The position numbers and the translations under genes were made by a program. The notes below the pieces were generated by a model. The model worked only from the letters and a program-made list of their open reading frames with translations, was not told the origin of the DNA and searched no databases. From a virus, in the IMG/VR virus record IMGVR_UViG_3300022930_000001, positions 54,696 to 118,695 of that record: a stretch of 64,000 nt of DNA. One strand, given 5' to 3'. Shown in pieces: positions 1-8,478 of this stretch. Position 1 is the stretch's first letter, and every line of letters begins with the position of its first letter.

Positions 1-1
1 T

Positions 2-535
2 CAACATTGGAGTCCTTTTCAACATACTTATTTTGGTTTTAAAATTAGAACAAGTCGTGCAATAGGAAGAGAAATTCTAAGGCACTGGAGTATGGATCAT
101 CAAGAGCTTTCTCAACGTTATGAAGAAATACTTGAATTTGAACCAATTGAATTGCGTAAACAAGCTGAAAATAATAGACAATCTTCTGAAGAAGAAATTG
201 ATCCAGATCTAATCTGGACACAGTTAGAACCATATCAAGATGGATACACTTCTATAGAAGTGGATAGGAAGAAGTCTAGTGAACATATAAAGGATATATT
301 GCTTCTTATTAAAGAAGCCTATCAAATGCTCTTAGAAGTAGGAGTAGCTAGAGAATGCGCGAGATTTATACTTCCTGAGTGTACTTCAACAACAATGATA
401 TTAACAGGTAATATTCGTTCTTGGATTAATTTCTTGAATTTGCGTACAGATGCAACTTCTCAAAAAGAAATACAAATAATCGCAAATGAAATTAAAAAAA
501 TACTTGCTCAAGAAGTTCCATTAATATTTGCATAA
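2..535 (+). CDS. thyX: FAD-dependent thymidylate synthase ThyX (5' end truncated by the window)
   Basis: The frame is open from position 2: QHWSPFQHTYFGFKIRTSRAIGREILRHWSMDHQELSQRY...GVARECARFILP...NIRSWINFLNLR...QKEI. These are ThyX-family motifs. The ORF-track start at 92 is internal. Confidence 0.93.
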   Translation, partial: QHWSPFQHTYFGFKIRTSRAIGREILRHWSMDHQELSQRYEEILEFEPIELRKQAENNRQSSEEEIDPDLIWTQLEPYQDGYTSIEVDRKKSSEHIKDILLLIKEAYQMLLEVGVARECARFILPECTSTTMILTGNIRSWINFLNLRTDATSQKEIQIIANEIKKILAQEVPLIFA

Positions 536-562
536 ATTAGTTTTGTTTTGTTTTAAATAAGA

Positions 563-592
563 AAAGCCCAAGAGTTAATTCTCTTGGGCTTT
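563..592. terminator. Bidirectional intrinsic terminator between converging gene blocks
   Basis: Perfect 12-bp stem AAAGCCCAAGAG/CTCTTGGGCTTT with loop TTAATT and A/T tracts on both sides; lies between thyX (+) and the late block (-). Confidence 0.85.
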
Positions 593-614
593 ATTAATTA
601 TAATAAACTTTAAA

Positions 615-890
615 TTATATTTGTGGTTGTGGTATATTTTCAGGATCTGCTTCTACTATTTTACCTGTTTCAACATTACGAGCTATAATATCCTGTACTA
701 TTCGTTTTGCTGCAGCTACCTTAAGTATTGAAGGTACATCTAAATTTGATGTTACAAAGTTAGTAAGATAATCATTAAGTGCCTGAAGCTCTATACCTGT
801 AAACTGAAATTCATCAGAAACTTTCCACTGGTATACCGCAGAGGGATTATAAATTAGTTTCTTTATTTCTTGTTCTTGCTGTTCTGTCAT
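615..890 (-). CDS. Hypothetical protein
   Basis: 91-aa ORF, last gene of the minus block, A-rich leader. Confidence 0.75.
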   Translation of the reverse strand: MTEQQEQEIKKLIYNPSAVYQWKVSDEFQFTGIELQALNDYLTNFVTSNLDVPSILKVAAAKRIVQDIIARNVETGKIVEADPENIPQPQI

Positions 891-904
891 ATTAATTTGT
901 GGTT

Positions 905-1195
905 TTAATTTAATGGTTTATCAAATTCTCCTAATAATATATTTTTATTATTATTAATTAATCTTTCTTTTTGTTCAGTACTTGTTAAATGATCAATATC
1001 TTCTTTAATCATATCTAAAGAAAATTCTTTATTTAATGTATGTTGTATTCCAGAGCCTAATTTTATATCAGGAAAACGATATTCATACCACATAATATGG
1101 GGTAATTTATCTTTACCCTGTATAAAACCAAAAGAAAATCCTTCATTATTTGATTTTGTTTCTTCTAAAAATTTTAGAATTTCTGTACTTATCAT
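905..1195 (-). CDS. Hypothetical protein
   Basis: 96-aa ORF; TAATG-coupled to the upstream small ORF. Confidence 0.7.
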   Translation of the reverse strand: MISTEILKFLEETKSNNEGFSFGFIQGKDKLPHIMWYEYRFPDIKLGSGIQHTLNKEFSLDMIKEDIDHLTSTEQKERLINNNKNILLGEFDKPLN

Positions 1196-1362
1196 TAATT
1201 TATAATTGAACTATCGATATTATAATATATTTTTCCTTCAAATTTATCTAAAATATCATAATAAACTTTTCCTATTGTAAATCTTATTGCAATTATTTCT
1301 GCATCAACGTATTCTTCATTAGATATTGTATCTCCAATTTGATATTTACTTGGTAATTTCAT
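1195..1362 (-). CDS. Small hypothetical protein (55 aa, absent from the ORF track)
   Basis: MKLPSKYQIGDTISNEEYVDAEIIAIRFTIGKVYYDILDKFEGKIYYNIDSSIIN*; fills the gap, overlaps the next gene by TAATG, and has a promoter just upstream. Confidence 0.7.
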   Translation of the reverse strand: MKLPSKYQIGDTISNEEYVDAEIIAIRFTIGKVYYDILDKFEGKIYYNIDSSIIN

Positions 1363-1378
1363 TAGTTATTATTTTCAA

Positions 1379-1410
1379 CAAAACTACAACTAATTTTTTA
1401 ATTAAACGAA
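1379..1410 (-). promoter_or_regulatory. Bacteroidota-type sigma70 promoter
   Basis: -7 box TAGTTTTG (1379-1386) with TTCG 20 nt upstream. Confidence 0.55.
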
Positions 1411-1416
1411 TTTATT

Positions 1417-1698
1417 TTATAACGATATATTGAAGAATAGATTCTTTTGTATTTTTGTAGATTTTGCAAATTCAGGTTTAATATGAAATATTTTATGCAT
1501 TGCTAATACGTTTTCAAGAATATCTTCTCTGAAAGAGGCTTCAGATGGATTTATAACTATGCGAAGCTTGTCAACTTCTTTACTTATTTTAAGTATTGCT
1601 TCAGGATCTGCATGTGCAATAACGGCATTTAAAAACATTAAATAAAGTGCGGAATTATCAGAAATAATACCCTGTGTACCTGATAAATATACAATCAT
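1417..1698 (-). CDS. Hypothetical protein
   Basis: 93-aa ORF, TAATG-coupled. Confidence 0.7.
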   Translation of the reverse strand: MIVYLSGTQGIISDNSALYLMFLNAVIAHADPEAILKISKEVDKLRIVINPSEASFREDILENVLAMHKIFHIKPEFAKSTKIQKNLFFNISL

Positions 1699-2084
1699 TA
1701 TTTTACAAATTTAAGTTTATATAATGCTGTCGCTAAAGTATCTGAAATCTGGTCTATTATATTTTGAAGCCAAGATTCTTGAAATATAGTTCTATATTCT
1801 TGAATCCATTTATATTTTTCTTCAATCATTATTAGAGGATCAATGGCGGCTTTAGATTCAGGTATTGTTATTTGTACTATTCCATAAATACCTTGATATT
1901 TTTCAATAACAGAATCTATAGGCTCTAGAATACCTTTATATAGATCATCTAAAGCTTCATGTACAGCTAATGTTTTTGTTGGTTGTGCAAGATGTGTTAA
2001 ATGAACGGTATCTCTTATAAAAAATAAATACCCGAAGAAATCTCCGGGTGTAGTTTTCCTTTTGAAAGGTGACATATCTGCCAT
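1698..2084 (-). CDS. Ferritin/Dps-like four-helix protein (phage DUF5856-like)
   Basis: HLTHL...HEALDDLY...ID...EKYQG...LQNIIDQI...LYKLKF pattern typical of phage ferritin-like proteins. Confidence 0.75.
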   Translation of the reverse strand: MADMSPFKRKTTPGDFFGYLFFIRDTVHLTHLAQPTKTLAVHEALDDLYKGILEPIDSVIEKYQGIYGIVQITIPESKAAIDPLIMIEEKYKWIQEYRTIFQESWLQNIIDQISDTLATALYKLKFVK

Positions 2085-2752
2085 TATTTTCTGGTTTTTA
2101 TTGAAAAAATAGGTACTGCAACACCAATACCATAAACAATTTGTTTTGTAAAAGGATTATATCCTGCAATCAATGCAAAATCTAAAATAGTTCTTTGTTC
2201 TTTTAATGTAATAGAAGATCCTTCTTTTATACTATTATAAGGCGATTTATTCTTAATATCAATTTTAAGTTCATTTTTTCTAAAAAAATGTTTCTCTACT
2301 TCAACTACATATGTTAAAGTATCAATAGTTTTAATAGATATATCTCCTAAGTGAGTTAATTTATTATAACTAGCCTCGGCTTTAATATAATTATCTTCTT
2401 TTTTAAAAGTAATAACGGTATTTGTACTATCTACTTTTAGATTTTTAAATGATGTATCAATACTTTCTGTAAATGTTGTTACAGATTGTATTGCATTATT
2501 ACCTTTTATTTGTTTTTTTAAGCCTTTTGTAGCCTCTTTAAATTCTTTATTAGATGTAACTATCTGTACAGGAATTTGTGCATGAGAATCACCCTTAGAA
2601 TCGATATAATGAAAAACTGGTTTAAGAGTATCATTTATCTTTTTAGATTCTAGTGCATATTTATTATGAGTATTATTGAATACTATATAAATAATCAATG
2701 CACAAATTATACCTAAAGATATTAGATTTGACTTAAACCAGTTTATAAACAT
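2084..2752 (-). CDS. Membrane-anchored protein, putative spanin-like lysis accessory
   Basis: N-terminal TM segment (LISLGIICALIIYIVF) and C-terminal beta-hairpin AGYNP...YGIGV. Confidence 0.5.
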   Translation of the reverse strand: MFINWFKSNLISLGIICALIIYIVFNNTHNKYALESKKINDTLKPVFHYIDSKGDSHAQIPVQIVTSNKEFKEATKGLKKQIKGNNAIQSVTTFTESIDTSFKNLKVDSTNTVITFKKEDNYIKAEASYNKLTHLGDISIKTIDTLTYVVEVEKHFFRKNELKIDIKNKSPYNSIKEGSSITLKEQRTILDFALIAGYNPFTKQIVYGIGVAVPIFSIKTRK

Positions 2753-2753
2753 T

Positions 2754-3014
2754 TTATTGATTTTTATATTCTACCCTAAAGAGTCTTTCTTCATGATTAT
2801 TCATTCTAATAGTCATATCAGAAACACTGTCGTTAAGGTGTTTAATTCTTTCTTCTTGCGAAGTAAGATTTCGACCTATAGTTTTTAATTCATCAACCAT
2901 TACATCTAATTTCTTTAAAACTTCAGAAGTAATGGTTTTAATAATATATGCAAGAATACCCGCCATAATAATAACTACACATGTCAAAATCCAGTTTTGT
3001 AGTGTATAGTCCAT
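2754..3014 (-). CDS. Small TM plus coiled-coil protein, holin/antiholin-like
   Basis: One N-terminal TM helix followed by a heptad coiled coil ending HEERLFRVE. Confidence 0.5.
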   Translation of the reverse strand: MDYTLQNWILTCVVIIMAGILAYIIKTITSEVLKKLDVMVDELKTIGRNLTSQEERIKHLNDSVSDMTIRMNNHEERLFRVEYKNQ

Positions 3015-3015
3015 A

Positions 3016-3480
3016 TTATGAAAGAATTATTAAATATTGTGATGCAGGAGTACTATCAATATCTGCCGTATTAGTTGCTAATGTTATAGCACCTATAGAA
3101 CTTATTGTACCATCTCCCTGAATAACTGAAGTTGTCAATGTTCTACCTGTTGGAGTATTTACTGTAATAGAAACTTCTTCAGAAGTTTGATAAGGCAATG
3201 GAACAACAAGATATTGACCATTAGTTAATGATCCTGTCCATGTAAATCCAGGAAAAGATATTTCAGTAATATTAGCTGAAGCTGTAGTATTTCTAAATAC
3301 TATAAAGGAGCCATTTGGTTCTGTAGAACAACAATTTGTTACACACTGTGTAATATCTACCCAACGACCTATTTCACTAGGCTTTTTACGCCTCCATAGG
3401 GCACTCTGACTAATTGCAATCCCATTCGCATCTTTGCGAATGAACAACCTATCTCTGTAATTTAGGCGACTATTGCTCAT
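3016..3480 (-). CDS. Putative structural protein
   Basis: Basic N-terminus, CVTNCC linker, Thr/Ser-rich beta C-terminal domain. Confidence 0.5.
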   Translation of the reverse strand: MSNSRLNYRDRLFIRKDANGIAISQSALWRRKKPSEIGRWVDITQCVTNCCSTEPNGSFIVFRNTTASANITEISFPGFTWTGSLTNGQYLVVPLPYQTSEEVSITVNTPTGRTLTTSVIQGDGTISSIGAITLATNTADIDSTPASQYLIILS

Positions 3481-3501
3481 AATTTATAAATTTATTAAGT
3501 T

Positions 3502-3534
3502 AAAAAAAGAATATTTATTTAGAGTTAAATATTC
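3502..3534 (-). terminator. Weak AT-rich intrinsic terminator
   Basis: GAATATTTA/TAAATATTC stem followed by T7 on the minus strand. Confidence 0.5.
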
Positions 3535-3553
3535 AAACTTCTCCTTAAAATAA

Positions 3554-4030
3554 TTATGCTGCTACTGCGGCAATTACTGCAAAATTTATAGCTACTGCTT
3601 CACCTGCAGTAGAACCTATATTTGTTACTGTAATCTGACATGAACCTGCTGCTGTAGCAGTTATAGCTGCAGTATAAAGACCTGTTGTAGCACCAGATTT
3701 AACTGCAAGAGCTACAACATCTGTAGCTGCAATTGTAGAGTTAGTTAATGTAAACGATACTGAAGCTGCACCTGCAAGAGATGCATTATTCATTGTTATA
3801 GTACCACTATTAGTATTAAGTGTTACACCTGTTGATTTACTGGTAAGCTGAGTTACTGCACCACCTGCTCCTGTAGCAAAACCAAAATTTGCTGTCGGAG
3901 AACTTGTTGTCATTGTACCTGTTGCTACTACTGATGCAGGAGTTAGTGCAAGTGTTGCTCCACCTGTCATTTCTGTCCTCTTTATATATTCATCTATAAG
4001 AGGAAAATTTACGTTTGCTGCTGTCGCCAT
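3554..4030 (-). CDS. Putative virion decoration/fibre protein
   Basis: Ala/Thr/Gly-rich; GGAVTQLTSKSTGVTLN..SGTITMNNASLA motif of a kind seen in phage structural proteins. Confidence 0.6.
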   Translation of the reverse strand: MATAANVNFPLIDEYIKRTEMTGGATLALTPASVVATGTMTTSSPTANFGFATGAGGAVTQLTSKSTGVTLNTNSGTITMNNASLAGAASVSFTLTNSTIAATDVVALAVKSGATTGLYTAAITATAAGSCQITVTNIGSTAGEAVAINFAVIAAVAA

Positions 4031-4031
4031 T

Positions 4032-4448
4032 TTAATTTATTTTTAATTTTTGTTTAAATTTATATATATTTTTAATTATCCAACCTAATACAAAGACACA
4101 TACAGTAACTGAACCAATATGCCAACCATTAGGATGTATAAATTCATCAATAAGTTTACCACATGCAAGAGCAAGTATTGTTTTACTTGTAATATGTAGT
4201 ATGAATATTGGACTACTATTTTTGTGTGTTTCTATTAAATATATAGATATATACGTAAGACCTAATCCAATACATATCCAGGATAAATCCCAAGCTAAAA
4301 AATATATTAAATCGTTAATATTCATTGTTGGACTCCAAGGCCAATTTCTAGCTACTGTCCACCATTCTGATTCTCCCCTTATATTTGTACAAAAATCAAT
4401 AGGTAAAGCCAAAAGAATAAAAACTAATGCAATATATATTTTTTTCAT
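4032..4448 (-). CDS. Multi-pass membrane protein
   Basis: About four hydrophobic segments and a basic C-terminus. Confidence 0.6.
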   Translation of the reverse strand: MKKIYIALVFILLALPIDFCTNIRGESEWWTVARNWPWSPTMNINDLIYFLAWDLSWICIGLGLTYISIYLIETHKNSSPIFILHITSKTILALACGKLIDEFIHPNGWHIGSVTVCVFVLGWIIKNIYKFKQKLKIN

Positions 4449-4452
4449 TTAC

Positions 4453-4755
4453 TTAACTTTTTGGACGATGGATTCGATGACCTCCAAACAAATGATATGT
4501 TTCAAAATCATTTATTTTAGGGCGATATATTCCTGTACCAGAATTATTTGCAGATATAATACATTGTTCTCCATTAATTCGTATCATACAGAATTTTTCA
4601 ACACCAAAAGTATCTTTTTCTATAAAACATATTGAAGGAAACATTAGACAAAGATCTGTTGCTTTAACTCCATTTGTTGAAAGTCCTAAAAAAACATCAA
4701 TAAGATCATTATCAAAATCTATAAGTTCAATAGAACTCATTATTATATTTTTCAT
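4453..4755 (-). CDS. Hypothetical protein
   Basis: 100-aa ORF in tight tandem arrangement. Confidence 0.6.
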   Translation of the reverse strand: MKNIIMSSIELIDFDNDLIDVFLGLSTNGVKATDLCLMFPSICFIEKDTFGVEKFCMIRINGEQCIISANNSGTGIYRPKINDFETYHLFGGHRIHRPKS

Positions 4756-4761
4756 TATTTA

Positions 4762-4947
4762 TTATTTAATAACTATTATTTGTGATTTCCATAAATAATT
4801 ATATAAACTATCTTTTTGTAAACTATCAATGTTGTTTACTTTATAAGATAATATATTAATTGAATGGGATTTTGCTTTAGACGAAGTGATTATGTAAGTA
4901 AATATTAAACATAATATAACACATACATTAAAAATAGTAACCTTCAT
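4762..4947 (-). CDS. Small protein with N-terminal signal/TM segment
   Basis: MKVTIFNVCVILCLIFTYII hydrophobic N-terminus. Confidence 0.5.
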   Translation of the reverse strand: MKVTIFNVCVILCLIFTYIITSSKAKSHSINILSYKVNNIDSLQKDSLYNYLWKSQIIVIK

Positions 4948-4958
4948 AATTTATTTTA

Positions 4959-5342
4959 TTATGCAGATATAGATTGTATAATAACTCTATTTAACCCATC
5001 GCTTATAGTGCCGGGAACAGTAAATACAAAATCCATATCTAAAGTATCTGAAGCATTCATATTTATATTAGATCCTAAAGGATAATTAATACTCGTATCT
5101 CCGCCATCCATTGATACATCTACAGATCCTTTAATTACAGAAAAACTAATACTTTTATAGGTATTAGCATTTAATGTTAAAGTTTCAGTAGAAACAAGAT
5201 CATGTTGTTCTGGAGTATTTGCTACAGTTCCACCTCCACCACTATTTGTATCTACAGCATTGATAAGCATACGTTGAAAACGTAATTGTTTAGCAAGCCA
5301 TTGGGATTCAGGAGTAAGTATATTTGGAGTAGAATATGACAT
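4959..5342 (-). CDS. Putative short structural protein
   Basis: Likely ATG start at 5342 (MSYSTP...), because the track's start at 5360 overlaps the promoter box; helix-GGGG-beta domain layout. Confidence 0.6.
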   Translation of the reverse strand: MSYSTPNILTPESQWLAKQLRFQRMLINAVDTNSGGGGTVANTPEQHDLVSTETLTLNANTYKSISFSVIKGSVDVSMDGGDTSINYPLGSNINMNASDTLDMDFVFTVPGTISDGLNRVIIQSISA

Positions 5343-5357
5343 ATTAAAATATTTGCA

Positions 5358-5388
5358 CAAATATAAATAAAAAACAGCAAATTACCAA
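5358..5388 (-). promoter_or_regulatory. Bacteroidota-type sigma70 promoter
   Basis: TATATTTG (5358-5365) and TTGG (5385-5388), 19-nt spacer. Confidence 0.65.
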
Positions 5389-5442
5389 CAAATAAAGAAA
5401 TATTTATTAATGTATCTAATTATATTTGTTTATAATAGAGCA

Positions 5443-5670
5443 TTAGTTAAAAACTTCATCTGTCAATTCAATTATTTCTATTGATGGAAAATCAACATCG
5501 AATTCGTCTTTAAAATAATCGTAAAGCCATGCTACAGAAACTCTAATTCTAATATTATTTTCATTATAATATGCTCCTGATGTAAATACAACAAAATCAT
5601 TTATCGATGATGTTTTATTTGCCATTTTTAAAGCGAAATCTCGATTTATTATTATATATTGTCTTTTCAT
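5443..5670 (-). CDS. Hypothetical protein downstream of the fibre genes
   Basis: 75-aa ORF; starts 4 nt after the upstream gene's stop. Confidence 0.6.
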   Translation of the reverse strand: MKRQYIIINRDFALKMANKTSSINDFVVFTSGAYYNENNIRIRVSVAWLYDYFKDEFDVDFPSIEIIELTDEVFN

Positions 5671-5673
5671 AAA

Positions 5674-6402
5674 TTACATAAATAAGAAAAAATTACTATT
5701 ATTAGTATTTGCAGTTGCTGCGGCCTTAATACTCATTATTACAGTAGTTGCTTTAGTATTACCTCCAAACGTCCATAAAGGATTTGTTGCAGTAGCTGTA
5801 GTTTGAATAATGTATCCTACACCACCACCTAATCGAACATTCGCAACAGCATTTGTAGTAGTACTCGGACTTGTTGTATTATAACCACCAGATATAGTAG
5901 GAGCAACTGCAGTAGTTTGATAATTTTGACATACCATTGCAATTACAATTTGATTGTTTGTTGTAGGAGTAATACTTCCTGCGGCTAAAGAACCAACAGT
6001 AGTTGCTCCAGTGGTAGTAGCAACAGATAATTGATCTACAAATCCAACCGTATCTACTCCTGAAAGTGCAATTACCACTTGTGTCATTACATCACTTGTC
6101 TTAAGCATTGTAAATGTGTGTGTAGCACTAGTAGTAGGATTTAAACAATAATAAATACCTACTCGTGTTACTGTGCCGTCGTTATCGGCAGGTCTTACTA
6201 AAGTCCATATATTCAAAGAACTATCATAAGGAGGAGAAGAGGTGCTAGGGCCACCTGTAGGAGGTAATACACCAGATGCCTGATTATCACAAATAATACG
6301 TATAATGCAATTAGCCCCTATTGTACTCATTGCTGTAGTTGTTGTTGATAATCCGGGGCCGGTAGTAGCAGAAAGAACTTTATTTATAACTGTAATTGCC
6401 AT
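5674..6402 (-). CDS. Putative tail-fibre tip/adhesin subunit
   Basis: Thr-rich two-repeat beta protein ending in the short hydrophobic tail NNSNFFLFM; directly follows the fibre genes. Confidence 0.55.
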   Translation of the reverse strand: MAITVINKVLSATTGPGLSTTTTAMSTIGANCIIRIICDNQASGVLPPTGGPSTSSPPYDSSLNIWTLVRPADNDGTVTRVGIYYCLNPTTSATHTFTMLKTSDVMTQVVIALSGVDTVGFVDQLSVATTTGATTVGSLAAGSITPTTNNQIVIAMVCQNYQTTAVAPTISGGYNTTSPSTTTNAVANVRLGGGVGYIIQTTATATNPLWTFGGNTKATTVIMSIKAAATANTNNSNFFLFM

Positions 6403-6404
6403 AA

Positions 6405-7157
6405 TTAAAAATTATTTAAAAATGCGAGTAAATACCAATTTGTACCACTATATCTAAGACCTAACCACATTGTCTTGTTTGCAATAGTACTTGTAGGTAA
6501 TGCTAAATTAGATGAAACACTAATTCCAGAAAAAGATAGTGCATGTGATCCTGAATCACTTGTAATTTTTATTACTAAATCTTGTCCGTCAGTAGGTGTA
6601 CCTGTTATTGAAATTGAATCATTAGTTGCAAGTGCAGTAATATTCCATTGATCAAATAAATTACTATTTATACTTGTAGAAGTATTTGTAGTTTCAGTTC
6701 CAATTCTTTTTGTAATTCTTTTATTTGTTAAAGTATTGGTAGAAGTTGTAGTAATATAACCTGAAAGATCTGGTTTATTTAATATTTGAGATAATCCAGA
6801 TATAGAATTCCAGTCAGCATTTACTTGTGTAGGTACTGTTGAACCTGACATTTGATATGTCGTTCCATCATAAATCACAAGATTACCTGCAGAATAATTA
6901 ACATTACCTGCACCTAAATTTTGTATACCTCCTGTAGATACAATATACATATCTCCATTAGTACCAGTACCATTTTGAAGATGTGGAGAACCTCCTGCAG
7001 CAACAGACGCATCCCAAGTACCTTTATATGTTAATACTGATATAGGTATTTGTGCAATAGGTACTTTTGTATTGTTATCTAATGTTGCAACACCATTTGC
7101 AACTCCTTTTTGTGCTAAAGATATACTTGGCACAATATAGATTGATTCTGAACTCAT
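6405..7157 (-). CDS. Tail fibre protein
   Basis: KGVANGVATLD, YKGTWDAS and QVNADWN...ILNKP fibre motifs; C-terminal domain paralogous to that of 7168..8478. Confidence 0.75.
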   Translation of the reverse strand: MSSESIYIVPSISLAQKGVANGVATLDNNTKVPIAQIPISVLTYKGTWDASVAAGGSPHLQNGTGTNGDMYIVSTGGIQNLGAGNVNYSAGNLVIYDGTTYQMSGSTVPTQVNADWNSISGLSQILNKPDLSGYITTTSTNTLTNKRITKRIGTETTNTSTSINSNLFDQWNITALATNDSISITGTPTDGQDLVIKITSDSGSHALSFSGISVSSNLALPTSTIANKTMWLGLRYSGTNWYLLAFLNNF

Positions 7158-7167
7158 TTATTTTAGT

Positions 7168-8478
7168 TTAAATATTGTTTAATAATGCTAATAAATCCCA
7201 TTTAGTATCTGTTAAATTATATATAAATCCCAGATATAAAGTTTTACTTAAAATAGTAGTAGTAGGTAACGCTAAATCAGTAGAAGCTCGAAATATAGAA
7301 TTCCACGTTAAAGCTCTTGCTGTACCATTATCTTTTATTCTAATAATTAATTTTTGTCCTTGATATAGTGTACCTGTAGGTGCTGCAATTGTTAAACCTG
7401 CAGCCTGTGCTGTTAAAATATAAATATCTGTTATATCTGCATTTATTGTTAAAGTAGCTGTAGAAGTAGTACTAACAACTAATGGTTGATGCCTATCTAC
7501 ATAATTTGTAGATGCTATTTTAGAACTATTATCTCCCTGTGAAGGAGGTGATGCTAAAGTAGGACTACCCGTTAAACTTACAGATGCTTTTATAGTAGGA
7601 TTTGGATATGTTCCTGTTAAATCTCCACCTGCAGTTCCTGAAGGTGGTAATGATGTAGGCCCACCTGTAACTAAACTGTAGGGTACTGATCCTGCAATTA
7701 ATGTTCCAATAGTAGTTAATGAGGATGTAATTATAGAACTATTTAACGTAGTTCCAGTTAATGTATTTGCAGCAGCGGTAATGGTAATATTATTTGTACC
7801 ATCAAAACTAGTACCATTTATTGTTCTTGCTGTTTGTAATTTTGGAGCAGATACAATAGTTATTATAGGTGTTGTAGTACTTGTCGCAATAGTAGCCGTT
7901 GTTACATCTGCAGATGTAACAGAAGTTACAGTACCTGTATTAGAAGTATAACCATTTGGGTTACTTGCTAAATAATAAGTACTATTATCGTAACTTATTG
8001 TACTACCTGTAATTTTTACAAAGCCTGTGCCTGATAATGCATTTTGTTTAGTATTAAATGTATTCCAATCTGTCGAAGTTAAATAACCATTTTGAACAGC
8101 ATTTGCAGCTTGAGAACTTATTATTCCTGAACCACTATTAAAAAATATTGGAGATACTGCACTAATTGAAGCCAATGTTGGCCCTGTGTTTGTTATTGTA
8201 AAATTAGGATAAGTTCCTGTTACAGATATTCCTGTTCCATTAGTTATAGATACTATTTGATCAGGTGCGGTATTTATAATTGTACCTACACCAGTAATAG
8301 GATTAGGAGTAGCAGAAAGACCTGTTCCTGCGGTTATCGACAGTACAGTACCCGTACCTACAGGCAGATCTGCAAGTACGAGTTTACGTGCTTCTAATGG
8401 CCCAGAATAACCATCTGGTGTGGCAAAAACTAAATTAGGTTTTGGAGTTGGTGTAAATAAACTAGGATATGTTGTCAT
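7168..8478 (-). CDS. Tail fibre protein
   Basis: GTGTV.SI.AGTG, GYLTSTDWNTFN.KQ, KLQTARTINGTSFDGT.NITI, AGGDLTGTYPNP and KIASTNYV fibre motifs. Confidence 0.85.
   Translation of the reverse strand: MTTYPSLFTPTPKPNLVFATPDGYSGPLEARKLVLADLPVGTGTVLSITAGTGLSATPNPITGVGTIINTAPDQIVSITNGTGISVTGTYPNFTITNTGPTLASISAVSPIFFNSGSGIISSQAANAVQNGYLTSTDWNTFNTKQNALSGTGFVKITGSTISYDNSTYYLASNPNGYTSNTGTVTSVTSADVTTATIATSTTTPIITIVSAPKLQTARTINGTSFDGTNNITITAAANTLTGTTLNSSIITSSLTTIGTLIAGSVPYSLVTGGPTSLPPSGTAGGDLTGTYPNPTIKASVSLTGSPTLASPPSQGDNSSKIASTNYVDRHQPLVVSTTSTATLTINADITDIYILTAQAAGLTIAAPTGTLYQGQKLIIRIKDNGTARALTWNSIFRASTDLALPTTTILSKTLYLGFIYNLTDTKWDLLALLNNI

Noticed and set aside
5421-5428. Plus-strand TATATTTG box suggesting an antisense promoter into the fibre genes
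   Set aside because: It has no -33 element and no downstream ORF, and it is plausible by chance in AT-rich DNA.
6405-8478. Diversity-generating retroelement or invertible cassette acting on the paralogous fibre ends
   Set aside because: No reverse transcriptase or recombinase is in the window. The similarity is at protein level only, with no near-identical adenine-variable repeat seen.
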